From Chthonomonadales bacterium (GTDB taxonomy: Bacteria; Armatimonadota; Chthonomonadetes; Chthonomonadales; CAJBBX01): DNA of 64,000 nt. Positions 28,868 through 39,256 of the stretch are shown here, piece after piece. The stretch's first letter is position 1. Each line of letters opens with the position of its first letter. Position numbers and translations under genes: made by a program. The DNA is taken from positions 120,587 through 184,586 of the forward strand of contig JBMFSQ010000003.1 in assembly GCA_049967475.1 (NCBI GenBank). The letters run 5' to 3'. The notes under the pieces were generated by a model. It was given only the letters and a program-made list of their open reading frames with translations. It did not search any database and was not told the origin of the DNA.

Positions 28868-31800
28868 CACAGCAACCGAAGAGACGCGGCCAATCGCACA
28901 GCCGAAAAGGACGGGCGTAATCTGCCGCCTTCGAAAGCAGGGCGTGGGGTTCGGCGTGCTGCGCTTCATTGCTTGCCTGACGTGTTTCGGATGGCGGCAC
29001 TCTTGGGCCCAAGAAACCACCAACAGCGTTCTTAGGATCGTTCCCGCTCCGGGCGTAGTTCGGGTTGATGGGCGTCTGGAGGATTGGGATCTTTCTGGGA
29101 GCATCCTCTGCTGCTACGACTGGGCGCGTCTCCATGCCACCCACAGTGTACGTGCCGCGGCGATGTACGACAGCCGCTTCCTTTACCTTGCGTTCCGCTT
29201 CAAGGATCGCACACCTCTCATCAATCACATTGATCCCCGCCAAGACCCCGACGGAGGTTGGAAGGCGGATGCCGTGCAGATGCGGATCGAGACGGATCGC
29301 GTCGCCCACGTTACGGCTTGGTACTACACCGACGGCCGCCGCGCCGCCATGCACATCCACTATGGATTTTGGGACACCGGCAATCCCGCAAGCCAGGCGG
29401 ATCTGATCAATCCCCTGTCGGCCGGCGCTCAGGAAGCGTTCCGCAAAGACCCAACCGGTTATACACAAGAATTGGCAGTCCCCTGGCGTTTGATTACGCG
29501 CAGCGGTCGGTGCCCCGCGGTTCGGAGCCGTTTCCGCATGGGCCTGGAATTCTTTTGGGGCTCGCCGAAGGCAAACGATTTCCCCGAGCATCGCTACGCC
29601 GATCTGGTGAACCCCAACCGGCCCCAGCGGTCGTTCTTCTGGCAGAATCCCGATGCGTGGGGGACAGCGGTACTGGAGGCGCGCGGGCATCTCCGACCGC
29701 TGCCGGCCCCGAATGGTGTGTCGGTGGCCGCGCGCTACGCAGAGCTCGCCTACCGGACGTCCGGCGTTGTGGCCATTCGTTATCGTCTGCCGGAGAGCGG
29801 CTTCGTAACCCTCGTGATTGAATCGCCCGACGGCCGCCGCGTGCGCAATCTGATAGGGGAATACCCCCGCACTGCAGGGGTACATACGGAATACTGGGAC
29901 GGCACGGACGACGCAGGCCACCTGGTACCGGCAGGCCGGTATGTGGTTCGGGGATTGTTTCACAAACGGCTTGGCTTGCGGTACGCCTTCGCTTACGGCA
30001 ATCCTGGAGACCCGCCCTACGACAACAGCACCGGCACGGGCGGATGGCTCTCCAACCACGCTCCGCCCATGGACGTATGTGCAGGGAAAGGGCGCGTTTA
30101 TCTTTCCGCTGCCTTCGCCGAAGGCGCTACAGCGGTTATGGCGGCCAGCTACTCCGGCAAGCGCTTGTGGGGAATAGGGAACATCAACGGCGGCATGATG
30201 GCCGAGGATGGCCGATACCTTTACGTACTCGTGGGAGGCCCGACGACCGCATGGGGCGGCCCGCCTCAAGACGAAGTAGCACTGCTCAGGATTGATGCAT
30301 CCAATGGACGCTACGCACCCTGGCCGGACGGGAAGGCGATGCACACAATCGCCTCCATCCCTCCGGCTTCTGTGCCCTTTGGGGACCAACTCGGGTCTCC
30401 GCCAGGCCGTCCAGCGGGTTGGTACCAGCCAAATCGCCCAGAGGGGGAGCTTGTGGCCCGTCATGGCTTCACCGCCGATTGGTGTCAGCGCCAAACTATG
30501 GGCATCGCGGTGTGCGGCGGTCGCATCTACGCCTCCCTCTATTACCAGGATGACGTAATTCAGGTGGATGCCGGTACCGGAACCCCGATGGCCCATATTC
30601 CGCTTCGGCGTCCTGCCGGTTTGGCATGCGGCCCGCACGGTGTGGTCTATGCGATCAGCGGGAACCGGATCGTGGTTCTTCAGAACGGCGCATGGCGTCC
30701 GGTGGTGACGCAAGGTCTGGAGGCGCCTGTGGGATTGGCCGTGGATGCCGACGGCGAAATCTACGTGAGTGATTGGGGCAGCCGTATGTGCGTGGAAGTG
30801 TTTTCGCCGGACGGGCACTTCTCACGAACAATCGGGCGGCTTGGCGGGCGGCCGTTGGAAGGCCGCTATGACCCCACGGGCATGTTCCGGCCCTGGGGCG
30901 TCGCGGTGGATGCTTCCGGCCGTCTTTGGGTGGCTGAATGCGATAACAGCCCGCGCCGGCTGAGCGTATGGGATGCTCACACAGGCCGGTTCCTCAGGGA
31001 GTTCTGCGGATCCACATGGTACGCAAGCGTGGGGGCTCGCGTGGATGTTTCGCGTCCGAACAGGGCCTTCGTCATGGGCAATGTCTGTGATCTGGATTGG
31101 AAGAGGGGGCTCTGGCGTGTGGCGGGTACGCTGTTCCGCCCGCAACATCCCGATGAGCTCTTTGACGCTTCCACCGAGGGGTTGGTGCTGGAGGTTCGGC
31201 GGCGGCAGGGCCGCGATTACCTAATCGCCAGCAATTCCAGCCTCTTGATCATCGCGAAACTGCATGACTACAGCGCCAAGCCTGTAGCGGCTATGGGCAC
31301 AATCTACGGGTTATATCAGCCTGGCCACCTTTGGCCGGATCTCATCATCCGGCATTTGGCTTCGAGCCCGGCAGAATTGGAGAAGCTGAAGCAGCGCCAT
31401 CCCAAAGCCTTCGACGGATCCGGCGCAGCCTATCCGGATGTGGCATTCATGCTTGGTGAGACCAACGTGCACCAGTACTTCGTTTGGACGGATCGCAACG
31501 AGGACGGCCGCATTCAGGATGACGAGATCCGCTTCTATTCCCGGGAAGAACTACGCGGGATGAAGCTTGCCGGCGACTGGCGCTTCGGCATAGGACCGGA
31601 TTTTACGGTCTATCTGCCGGGCAGCAACAGCTCAGGCACGCCGCGCCAACAGCTTTGGAAGCTTCGCCCCCGTTCGTGGAGCGCATCCGGCGTGCCGGAC
31701 TATCGCATCGCCGACGCCACAAAGATTGCAGACGTACCGGTGCTGGGCTTCGTGGACTCGTCCATCTGGACCGATGCCTATGGGGACACTCTTATCGGGC

Positions 31801-33035
31801 AGAACCCCCTGATGATGTTTTCTCCCGCCGGCAAACTGCTGTGGACCTACCCCAACGCCTGGCCGGGTGTCCACGGGTCTCACACAGCTCCAGCCTCCCG
31901 GCGCGGGCGAGTGATCGGCCCCCTGTGGGTTCTGGGTTCGGTGCACCTGCGAAGGGTCGGTTCCATTTTCTGCATGGGGGCGAACTTGGGCGAACGGTAT
32001 CTGTTCACGCGGGACGGCCTCTTCGTGGGCAGCCTCTTTGCAGATTGCCGGAGCGCGCCGGATGCACTGCCGGACATTCCCGTGCGGGGTATGGACATCA
32101 GCGCGTGCACAGCAGGAGGGGAGTCCTTCGGAGGAGAGTTTTTCGAGAACCCCTTGGATCACAAGATTTACCTGGGTGGTCCCGTTGGGTCCTGCCGGGA
32201 GGCGTCCGTGGTGGCTGAAGTTACCGGTTTGGAAAGTATCCGGCGCCTGCCCTCGACGCACCTTTCGTTCACCGCAGCCGACCGCGCGCGGGCTCGAGTG
32301 TTCCTCCAGAGGCGTGCCAATGTCGAAGCGCCGCTCAAAGTCCTCGCCATTGCTCCGCTGGATCATCCGCCTGCATCACGCGTTCCAGAATGGTCAGAAT
32401 TTCCTTTGAGCGACGACCGCAGGGTTGCCCGGTGGAGCTTTGACCCGTTCCACACAGTCGGCGCGGCCACCTGGACCTTTGACGGCCAGTGGCTCTATCT
32501 CGCTGTGGCAGCAATACGCGATGACACCCCCATGATCAACGATGGCCGAGACGTTCAGACCCTCTTCAAAACCGGTGATGCGGTAGAGTTCGAGATACGC
32601 ACCACGCCTAACAACGATAGCCCCAGCGTACTTCCTGGAGATTTGCGTGTCGTCATCAGCGTATTCCAGGGGAAACCCATCGCGGTGTTGTACCGGTACC
32701 GTGTCCCCGGGACAAGAACGCCCGTGCGATTTCGCTCTCCGGTAGGAGCCTATCCGGTGGACGAAGTCCGCGTTCTGCAGAATGCGTCGGTCCTTATCGA
32801 GCGCGGCGCCGGCGAATACAGTGTGCGGGCAGCCATTCCATTGGCCGACCTGGGCTTCCGGCCGGAGAAGGGGAATACCTATCGCGGCGACTTCGGCGTC
32901 GTTTACTCGGACCGCGCAGGCAAGTCGGACGAACTGCGCATGTATTGGGCGAACCCCGCCAACGCCATGGTGAATGACCTCTTCAGCGAGGTCCAAATTG
33001 ATCCTCGAGCCTGGGCTCGCTTTGTGGTGGAGTGA
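28833..33035 (+). CDS. Large secreted multidomain protein: CBM9/DOMON-like + FlgD-Ig + NHL beta-propeller + CBM9-like (true start probably near GTG 28944)
   Basis: VDGRLEDW...YDSRFLYLAF; VTLVIE..DGRRVRNL...WDGTDDAG..VPAG.Y; P.GLAVDADG.IYVSD and PWGVAVDASG.LWVAE; WTDRNEDG; TFDGQWLYLA. Confidence 0.82.
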   Translation: MLLPIRHPDRRSTATEETRPIAQPKRTGVICRLRKQGVGFGVLRFIACLTCFGWRHSWAQETTNSVLRIVPAPGVVRVDGRLEDWDLSGSILCCYDWARLHATHSVRAAAMYDSRFLYLAFRFKDRTPLINHIDPRQDPDGGWKADAVQMRIETDRVAHVTAWYYTDGRRAAMHIHYGFWDTGNPASQADLINPLSAGAQEAFRKDPTGYTQELAVPWRLITRSGRCPAVRSRFRMGLEFFWGSPKANDFPEHRYADLVNPNRPQRSFFWQNPDAWGTAVLEARGHLRPLPAPNGVSVAARYAELAYRTSGVVAIRYRLPESGFVTLVIESPDGRRVRNLIGEYPRTAGVHTEYWDGTDDAGHLVPAGRYVVRGLFHKRLGLRYAFAYGNPGDPPYDNSTGTGGWLSNHAPPMDVCAGKGRVYLSAAFAEGATAVMAASYSGKRLWGIGNINGGMMAEDGRYLYVLVGGPTTAWGGPPQDEVALLRIDASNGRYAPWPDGKAMHTIASIPPASVPFGDQLGSPPGRPAGWYQPNRPEGELVARHGFTADWCQRQTMGIAVCGGRIYASLYYQDDVIQVDAGTGTPMAHIPLRRPAGLACGPHGVVYAISGNRIVVLQNGAWRPVVTQGLEAPVGLAVDADGEIYVSDWGSRMCVEVFSPDGHFSRTIGRLGGRPLEGRYDPTGMFRPWGVAVDASGRLWVAECDNSPRRLSVWDAHTGRFLREFCGSTWYASVGARVDVSRPNRAFVMGNVCDLDWKRGLWRVAGTLFRPQHPDELFDASTEGLVLEVRRRQGRDYLIASNSSLLIIAKLHDYSAKPVAAMGTIYGLYQPGHLWPDLIIRHLASSPAELEKLKQRHPKAFDGSGAAYPDVAFMLGETNVHQYFVWTDRNEDGRIQDDEIRFYSREELRGMKLAGDWRFGIGPDFTVYLPGSNSSGTPRQQLWKLRPRSWSASGVPDYRIADATKIADVPVLGFVDSSIWTDAYGDTLIGQNPLMMFSPAGKLLWTYPNAWPGVHGSHTAPASRRGRVIGPLWVLGSVHLRRVGSIFCMGANLGERYLFTRDGLFVGSLFADCRSAPDALPDIPVRGMDISACTAGGESFGGEFFENPLDHKIYLGGPVGSCREASVVAEVTGLESIRRLPSTHLSFTAADRARARVFLQRRANVEAPLKVLAIAPLDHPPASRVPEWSEFPLSDDRRVARWSFDPFHTVGAATWTFDGQWLYLAVAAIRDDTPMINDGRDVQTLFKTGDAVEFEIRTTPNNDSPSVLPGDLRVVISVFQGKPIAVLYRYRVPGTRTPVRFRSPVGAYPVDEVRVLQNASVLIERGAGEYSVRAAIPLADLGFRPEKGNTYRGDFGVVYSDRAGKSDELRMYWANPANAMVNDLFSEVQIDPRAWARFVVE

Positions 33036-34192
33036 CGAAGGTGATTTTAGCCGTGGCGTGGTTCGCATGGATCGGATGGAATTCGCCGCCACGCCCTTCG
33101 GAAGCTCCAATGGCAGACCGCTGGCAAGGTGTTCCGTACTCTCGTGGAGGCCTGGCCGTCTCGCCGCACCAAACGTTTTTCGTTACGGACACGGGCGGCA
33201 GCGGCGGCGGCTTCGGACGAGGGGATCCTCATGACCACCTTTCAGATGTCGTCTTCTGGAACGAGCGCGTGGGTTGGGCATGCGGGTATGGAGGCCTTTT
33301 TCGCACCGACGATGGAGGCTTGACTTGGCGGCGGATCAAGCCTCGCGGAGGCTGGATGCGGGTGGGCATGGCCGGGCAGGAGGAAATTTGGCTTCTTGAA
33401 GGGCTCCATCCCGGCGGGCCAGGCAGGGCATGGCTTTGGCACAGCTCCGACAATGGGCAAACGTGGCATGAAGTGTGTGATGGCCAAGTTCCGGGATACC
33501 TCGATTTCTTTTGCCAGAGCGGCGAAATCTGGATTTTGGGTGGATGGGTCGTGCCGCCGGGCGCAGCGGCGCTTTGCAGCCACGATAACGGCCGCACATG
33601 GCGAAAAGTGGATTTCGGCGGACTGCTGATCCAGGCCTGGCGCGTGTCGGTTCCTGGGGATCATATCCTGGGAAGAGGGTGTGCGGTTTACGTCCTTGGG
33701 CTTGGGAGTGCGGAAGGCAAGCCGGAGGTGCGCATCGTTCGAAGCACGGATGGCGGAAGAACCTGGAGCGCACTCCGCTTGCCCCACGGATTGACACAGG
33801 ACGACGTTTGGAATTTCGGCCAACTCTTCTTCGCCACGACGCGGGACGGATGGCTTGGGCTTTCCCACGGGAGGTTGCTCGTTACGCACGATGGCGGCGA
33901 CACCTGGGCTCTCTGCAAACTTCCTACAGATCGGGGGGTGGCAGCGATATGGTTCGATGAGCTGGGTCGCGGCTTCGTGGCTGTAGACAACTCCGATGTG
34001 GGGCATGTAGGCGCTGCAATGTACCGCACGCTCGACGGCGGGCGCACGTGGGATGTGGTGCTGACGGGTTACAAGAACATCAACCGCATTTACGGGCTCG
34101 GCCCGAACCTGGTGTGGGCAGTGGGCCGGGAACCCACCGTGGTACCCAATGACATCGTGGCCATCATGGAACCGGGAGCCTTCGACCGCTAG
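33032..34192 (+). CDS. Secreted BNR/Asp-box beta-propeller (Ycf48-like)
   Basis: Six Asp-boxes (TDDGGLTW, SSDNGQTW, SHDNGRTW, STDGGRTW, THDGGDTW, TLDGGRTW); GTGA overlap with the upstream gene. Confidence 0.87.
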   Translation: MTKVILAVAWFAWIGWNSPPRPSEAPMADRWQGVPYSRGGLAVSPHQTFFVTDTGGSGGGFGRGDPHDHLSDVVFWNERVGWACGYGGLFRTDDGGLTWRRIKPRGGWMRVGMAGQEEIWLLEGLHPGGPGRAWLWHSSDNGQTWHEVCDGQVPGYLDFFCQSGEIWILGGWVVPPGAAALCSHDNGRTWRKVDFGGLLIQAWRVSVPGDHILGRGCAVYVLGLGSAEGKPEVRIVRSTDGGRTWSALRLPHGLTQDDVWNFGQLFFATTRDGWLGLSHGRLLVTHDGGDTWALCKLPTDRGVAAIWFDELGRGFVAVDNSDVGHVGAAMYRTLDGGRTWDVVLTGYKNINRIYGLGPNLVWAVGREPTVVPNDIVAIMEPGAFDR

Positions 34193-34380
34193 CACCATGG
34201 ATCCACCGAAGCCCAGTTGCGGCTGCCGATCGGCGTTCCCTGCCCTGAGGACGCAGGTGCTGTGTTGAAGCCGTAAGATCACCGGTCGCTGCCGACGGAG
34301 ACACACGCACAAGGTACAATTGAAGTGCGGTGGGCGCCGTTCCAGATCCGGTGCGCCAAGGACCGACAGGAGGAAATATC

Positions 34381-34932
34381 ATGGCCCGAGCCCTTGCAAC
34401 AGGTGCCGCTCTAGCTCTAGCGATCGTAGTCTTGTGCGTGGCGGGTTGCTCCAAGCAGCCTGAGGCAAACAGCTCGGCAGCCTCGCCGTCCCAAACGGAG
34501 AATACGCCGGCTCCGCCGCTTACTCCTGATGTTGCGCGACTGACGCCGAATTCGCCCTCCAACAGCCCAACATTCAATCCCCACATGTCCGGCGGAATGC
34601 CGGCCGGCATGCCCAATCCCCATGCCTCGGAGAAGGGCGGCAAAGAGAACCCGCAGGTAGTGGCCGCGGTAGGCCGCGCGCAAAAGGCTGAAGCTGATCT
34701 GAAGGCCAATCCCGCCGATGCGGCGCTTCGCCAAAAGGCAGCCCAGGCAGATTACGATGCAGGCAATCAAATGATGACGCAGTCTACGCAGCCTCCCAAG
34801 GTGAAATATCCCGCGGCCTTGCGCTACTTCCGGCGCGCAGTGGAGCTCGATCCGGGCAATAAGGAGGCCGCCGCCGGCCGGGATCTCATCGAAGGGATCT
34901 ACAAGTCCATGAACCTTCCCATTCCGAAATAG
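34381..34932 (+). CDS. Lipoprotein with Pro-rich linker and C-terminal TPR
   Basis: AGGAGG RBS, lipobox VAGC, ALRYFRRAVELDPGN.EA TPR motif. Confidence 0.82.
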   Translation: MARALATGAALALAIVVLCVAGCSKQPEANSSAASPSQTENTPAPPLTPDVARLTPNSPSNSPTFNPHMSGGMPAGMPNPHASEKGGKENPQVVAAVGRAQKAEADLKANPADAALRQKAAQADYDAGNQMMTQSTQPPKVKYPAALRYFRRAVELDPGNKEAAAGRDLIEGIYKSMNLPIPK

Positions 34933-35298
34933 CCGGGGTTGGATTGCCCGCGCGTGAACGGGTTCTCCTCACATTCTCCGTCGGTACCTCCTGCTGATGC
35001 GAACGCATCCCTGTCCTCCCGTTTTCTTAAACCGTCAGGGTCCGGAGGGATGTTTGCGGTTGCACGGGGTCACACCGCATTCTCCGATCTTTAGGCGCTG
35101 GTCTTCTGCGTCCGTCATTCCAGGCAAGACGGCTCACATGGGCGATTCTAGCCGGTGCCATGGAGCGGCTGTCGGCCTGTGTGGGTCGGCGAGCGGCACG
35201 CATTGCCTTTCACCTAAGATCGCTTGGTGCCGCTCGGCGAAGAGCATTCCAACCCAACGTCGTGTCCGGACGAAAGGGAAGGGTAGATGCCTGAAACC

Positions 35299-35327
35299 TT
35301 GCATCCTTCACATCCGTAAGGTAGAAT
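35299..35327 (+). promoter_or_regulatory. Sigma-70 promoter of the tetR-RND operon
   Basis: TTGCAT-N17-TAGAAT. Confidence 0.65.
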
Positions 35328-35337
35328 GAGCCGCTTG

Positions 35338-35357
35338 TTGAGTGAACGTTTACTTAA
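35338..35357. promoter_or_regulatory. Putative TetR operator
   Basis: Imperfect palindrome TTGAGTGAAC|GTTTACTTAA (8 of 10 pairs) between the -10 box and the tetR start. Confidence 0.65.
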
Positions 35358-35371
35358 TTAAGGCATAGCGT

Positions 35372-36004
35372 ATGTCGGGTTCCGATGCCAGGCGCCGCCA
35401 CGGTGAAATCCGCCGCGAGCAGATCTTGGATGCCGCTGTGAAGCTCTTTGCCGAGAAGGGTTACGCAGGTGCCTCCATACGTGATCTTGCCCGGGAGATT
35501 GGGGTGACGGAGGGACTGCTCTACCATTACTTCTCCAGCAAGGAGCAGCTCCTCGAGGCGTGCTGGAAGGAGCGATCTTGGCGGGCCCAGTTGGAGCGCA
35601 TTCTGGCACAAGCTCAAGGCGCCCCCGTTGCGCGCGTTCTCTACGACATCGTCGTTGATTTTCTCGAGACGCTCTACGAGCACGGCCCGTCGGTTCGCAT
35701 GTGTGCGGCCGAGATGCAGCACAATCCCGAAATGGCAGATCAGTATCTGCGCAATATCGAAGCCAGTCAGAAGGTCCTTACCGATTTTCTGCGCGGCCGC
35801 CAAGACATGGGCGAGATCTCCGGGAATGCGAACTTGCCCGCAGCGGCGGGAATGCTCATGGGGAGTGCATTTTCGGTTTTCCTCCTCTACGGCCGCAGGA
35901 GCCACGAAGAGTGGCGGCGTATGGTGGAGGACTTCGCCGCGGCGGCGGTGCAAATTCTAATGAACGGGCTGGCGCCGCCGCATGGCGTGTCCAATGGCCC
36001 GTAA
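35372..36004 (+). CDS. TetR/AcrR family transcriptional regulator
   Basis: ILDAA..LFAEKGY...SIRDLAREIGVTEG.LYHYFSSKE.L HTH. Confidence 0.95.
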   Translation: MSGSDARRRHGEIRREQILDAAVKLFAEKGYAGASIRDLAREIGVTEGLLYHYFSSKEQLLEACWKERSWRAQLERILAQAQGAPVARVLYDIVVDFLETLYEHGPSVRMCAAEMQHNPEMADQYLRNIEASQKVLTDFLRGRQDMGEISGNANLPAAAGMLMGSAFSVFLLYGRRSHEEWRRMVEDFAAAAVQILMNGLAPPHGVSNGP

Positions 36005-36100
36005 ACCCAACTGCATGGAACGCGGCAGCGCTCTTAACGGGAGGTGGTCTACCGCAGAAACGTTTGAGAAGAGCACCGCTGCCGCATGAGGAGATAGGGA

Positions 36101-37504
36101 ATGTTCGTCATGCATTCCGGAAAGATACGAGTAGTCTTCGCTACAATGCTCGCCTTGGGTACCGGTGGAAGCGCCTTTTGTCAGATTGCGCGCATCACCG
36201 CCTCCCCGACCACCCAACCTGGATCCAATCCTGCTCCATTGACCCTCACACTGGACCAGGCTGTGCGCATCGCCATTGCCAACAGCAAGACGTTGCGGAT
36301 TGCCCAGGAAGGCATAGACAAAGCGCGCGGGCGCGTCAACGAGAGCAAGGCCCAATACCTTCCCAGCATTAACGCTACGACCAACATCTACCGGTTTGAC
36401 CGGGAGACGTCCATCACATTTCCCGACGCCAACGGCCAGCCGCAGACATTGGTTCTCAACGCGCAAGATCAGCGGAGTGTTGGCGTGTCCGCCGTTCTTC
36501 CCATTGACGTAAGCGGGCTCATCGGCGCGGCGGTGAGTGCTTCGCAGTTTCAGGAGATTGCAGCCCGCCTGGAATACAGCCGCACGCGAAACCAGCTCGT
36601 GTCCGACGTCAAGAGTGCGTATTACGATGTCCTGCGCGCTCAAGCCTTCGTTACCGTGGCCGAAACTGCGTATAAGAACGCTCAGGACCGCCTTTCCACT
36701 GCGGAAGCCTATCTGAGGGCAGGGACGGGAACCAAGTTCGACGTTCTGCGCGCCCAAACGGAAGTTGCCAACGCCCAACAGAACCTCATCGCGGCCAAAG
36801 ACCGTGTGAACCTTGCGACGGCTGCTCTCAACAATGCTCTAGGTCTCGATCAGAACACGCCTTTACAGGTGAAGCCTGCCCACGAGGAAACGACCAGCGC
36901 GCCGGATTTCAACCAGGGGCTCGCGGAAGCCTATAAGCAGCGGCCCGAGGTTCTTCAGCAGGATGCCCTTATCAAAGCCGCCGAGAAGGGCATCAAGATA
37001 GCCGAGCGTTCCCTGCTTCCAGGGATTGGGCTTTCATGGAACTTCAGCTATCAACCGGATGCGGCCGGCTTTGCACCCATTACGACAAGCTGGACTGCCG
37101 TGGCCCAAATCACCCTGCCTCTGTTCGAAGGAGGATTGGCCCGCGCGCGCATCCAGCAGGCCCGTGCCGACGTTAACTCGGCGAAGGTGAACAAGCAGAT
37201 TGTACTCGATAACATCGCGCTGGATGTGCGCCAATCCTATCTGGCTCTTGTGGAGGCCCAGGAACGCTTGCGCGTGGCAAACGCGGCGCTGGCTGAGGCC
37301 GAAGAGCAATACAGGCTGGCTCAAGTGCGATATAAAGCCGGAGTTACCCAGCAGCCTGGGACGAGCCCTCTTCTCGAAGTGAGCGATGCCCAGACTGCTC
37401 TGACCCAGGCTCAGACAAACCAGGTGAACGCACAGTACGACGTGGAGACTGCGAAGGCAAGGCTCGATCGGGCCTTGGGCAGATACGCTCAATCGCCCAA
37501 ATAG
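36101..37504 (+). CDS. TolC-family outer membrane efflux protein
   Basis: Signal peptide, LTLDQAV.IA, G.GTKFDVLRAQ, LPLFEGG, RYKAG. Confidence 0.92.
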   Translation: MFVMHSGKIRVVFATMLALGTGGSAFCQIARITASPTTQPGSNPAPLTLTLDQAVRIAIANSKTLRIAQEGIDKARGRVNESKAQYLPSINATTNIYRFDRETSITFPDANGQPQTLVLNAQDQRSVGVSAVLPIDVSGLIGAAVSASQFQEIAARLEYSRTRNQLVSDVKSAYYDVLRAQAFVTVAETAYKNAQDRLSTAEAYLRAGTGTKFDVLRAQTEVANAQQNLIAAKDRVNLATAALNNALGLDQNTPLQVKPAHEETTSAPDFNQGLAEAYKQRPEVLQQDALIKAAEKGIKIAERSLLPGIGLSWNFSYQPDAAGFAPITTSWTAVAQITLPLFEGGLARARIQQARADVNSAKVNKQIVLDNIALDVRQSYLALVEAQERLRVANAALAEAEEQYRLAQVRYKAGVTQQPGTSPLLEVSDAQTALTQAQTNQVNAQYDVETAKARLDRALGRYAQSPK

Positions 37505-37690
37505 TTGCGAGCTCTGCGGCAACCGGGCTGCCGCAGGAACGACGCACGGGCGCACGCTTGGCTCGACGGCGCCCACTCGTACGGGAAGCATCGCTCTTAG
37601 CCGCTCGAGGCAGGAAGGATGGGCGGTTCGTCGCGGCGCGGAAGGCGGGGTATCCCTGGCCGCTTGGAAGTTCACTGAGGGAGGTTCGGT

Positions 37691-39256
37691 ATGGCGATAG
37701 AGGCGCGGAGCGTTTTGGCGGATGGAAAGAGCGGGTGCCCCGCGCGAAGGGGCGTATTGTGGGTTTTGTTGTGTCTCTGCGCACTACTCGGTTGCGGCAG
37801 GAGGGCGCCCGGAACAGCCGCAGCCGCACCGGACGGGGCTGCATCCTCGGCAGCAGTCGCGGTGTCCGTTGCCAAGGCGAGGATCGGCACGATCTCCAAA
37901 TCCGTGGATGTGGACGGCAGCCTCGCGGCCCTTCACGATGTAGTCCTCGGGCCCAGGCAGGCGGGTAAGGTGGCCAAGGTCTTCTTCCACGCCGGAGACC
38001 GTGTCGCGGCCGGCCAAGTGGTGGCTCAGATGGACACCGTTGATCTTCTCTCCCAACTCCGTCAAGCCCAGGCCGGCCTCCAAGCGGCAATTACGCGGCA
38101 GCAGCAGGCAGTGGCGCAGCTCGAGCAAGCACGCAACCAACTGGAACAGGCCAGGACGAACCTTCATTGGACCGATGCTACTACAGCTACCGCACTGAAA
38201 GTGGCCCAGAGCCAGCTTGCCATCGCCCAGGAGCGGCTCTCTGAAACTCGGGAAGGTGCCCGACCGCAGGAACGGCGCCAGGCCGAAGACCAAGTAGCCG
38301 CAGCTCGTGCCAACTTCATTAAGGCTCGGGCAGACCTGGAACGGGCCATAAACCTCTATCAGCAACAGGCAATCTCCAAGAGCCAATTGGACCAGGCCCA
38401 GGCAGCGGCCGACGCAGCTCAGGCGCAATACAGCAGTGCGCAACAATCCCTTTCACTTGTTCGTGAGGGGGCGCGCGCGCAGGACATCCGGCAGGCAGAA
38501 CTGGCAGTTCAGCAGGCGCGGGACGGCTTGGCAAAGGCCAAAGCGGATCGAACCACGGTGCAACTGCGCCAGCAGGACGTTCTTACGGCCCAAGAAGGGG
38601 TCAAAGCAGCCGAAGCTGGTCTGGAGGCATCCCGGGCGGGTGTCGAACAGGCGCGGGCGACGTTGCACCTTGCGCAGGAAGCCCTCAAGAACGCGTTTAT
38701 CAAGACGCCCATCGGCGGCATTGTGGCGGACCGCTTCGCTGAGCCGGGCCAGCAGTTAGGCGCAGGCGCGCCGATCGTGCGGGTAGTCGCGCCCCATTCG
38801 ATCTACTTTCAGGCTCAGCTTTCCGAAAGCCAGTACCGCGATGTGCGCCTCGGCCAGGTAGCCACCATAACGGTGGATGCCTTTCCCAATGAGCGCTTTA
38901 GGGGCGTGGTGCGGCGCATCTGGCCTGTGGCCTCCCAGGCTCGCATCTTCACTGTGCGCGTAGAACTCGACGATCGCGCCAAGCTTCGGCCCCAGATGTT
39001 TGCTCACGGCTCCATCCTCGTAGCTACTCACAGAGGAGCCACGCTGGTGCCTAAGGATGCCGTCGTGTTCGATGTGGAGCGCCATGAAGCGCATCTCTTT
39101 ACCGTTCGGGGACAGCACGCCCATCAAGTGCAGGTTGACACGGGCTTCGTAACTCCCTCCGACGTGGAGATCCTCAGGCCCATTCGGCCCGGGGATGTGG
39201 TGGTAGTTGCCGGCCAGAACACGCTGCAGGACGGCGATCTCGTTACTATTCGGTGA
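37691..39256 (+). CDS. RND periplasmic adaptor (MFP) with very long alpha-hairpin, possible lipoprotein
   Basis: GAGGAGG RBS, LLGC lipobox-like motif, split lipoyl motifs, LRPQMFA, GDVVVVAGQ..L.DG. Confidence 0.9.
   Translation: MAIEARSVLADGKSGCPARRGVLWVLLCLCALLGCGRRAPGTAAAAPDGAASSAAVAVSVAKARIGTISKSVDVDGSLAALHDVVLGPRQAGKVAKVFFHAGDRVAAGQVVAQMDTVDLLSQLRQAQAGLQAAITRQQQAVAQLEQARNQLEQARTNLHWTDATTATALKVAQSQLAIAQERLSETREGARPQERRQAEDQVAAARANFIKARADLERAINLYQQQAISKSQLDQAQAAADAAQAQYSSAQQSLSLVREGARAQDIRQAELAVQQARDGLAKAKADRTTVQLRQQDVLTAQEGVKAAEAGLEASRAGVEQARATLHLAQEALKNAFIKTPIGGIVADRFAEPGQQLGAGAPIVRVVAPHSIYFQAQLSESQYRDVRLGQVATITVDAFPNERFRGVVRRIWPVASQARIFTVRVELDDRAKLRPQMFAHGSILVATHRGATLVPKDAVVFDVERHEAHLFTVRGQHAHQVQVDTGFVTPSDVEILRPIRPGDVVVVAGQNTLQDGDLVTIR

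Noticed and set aside
28812..30818. 668-aa minus-strand ORF
   Set aside because: Antisense to the 1400-aa gene; no motifs; expected in GC-rich DNA
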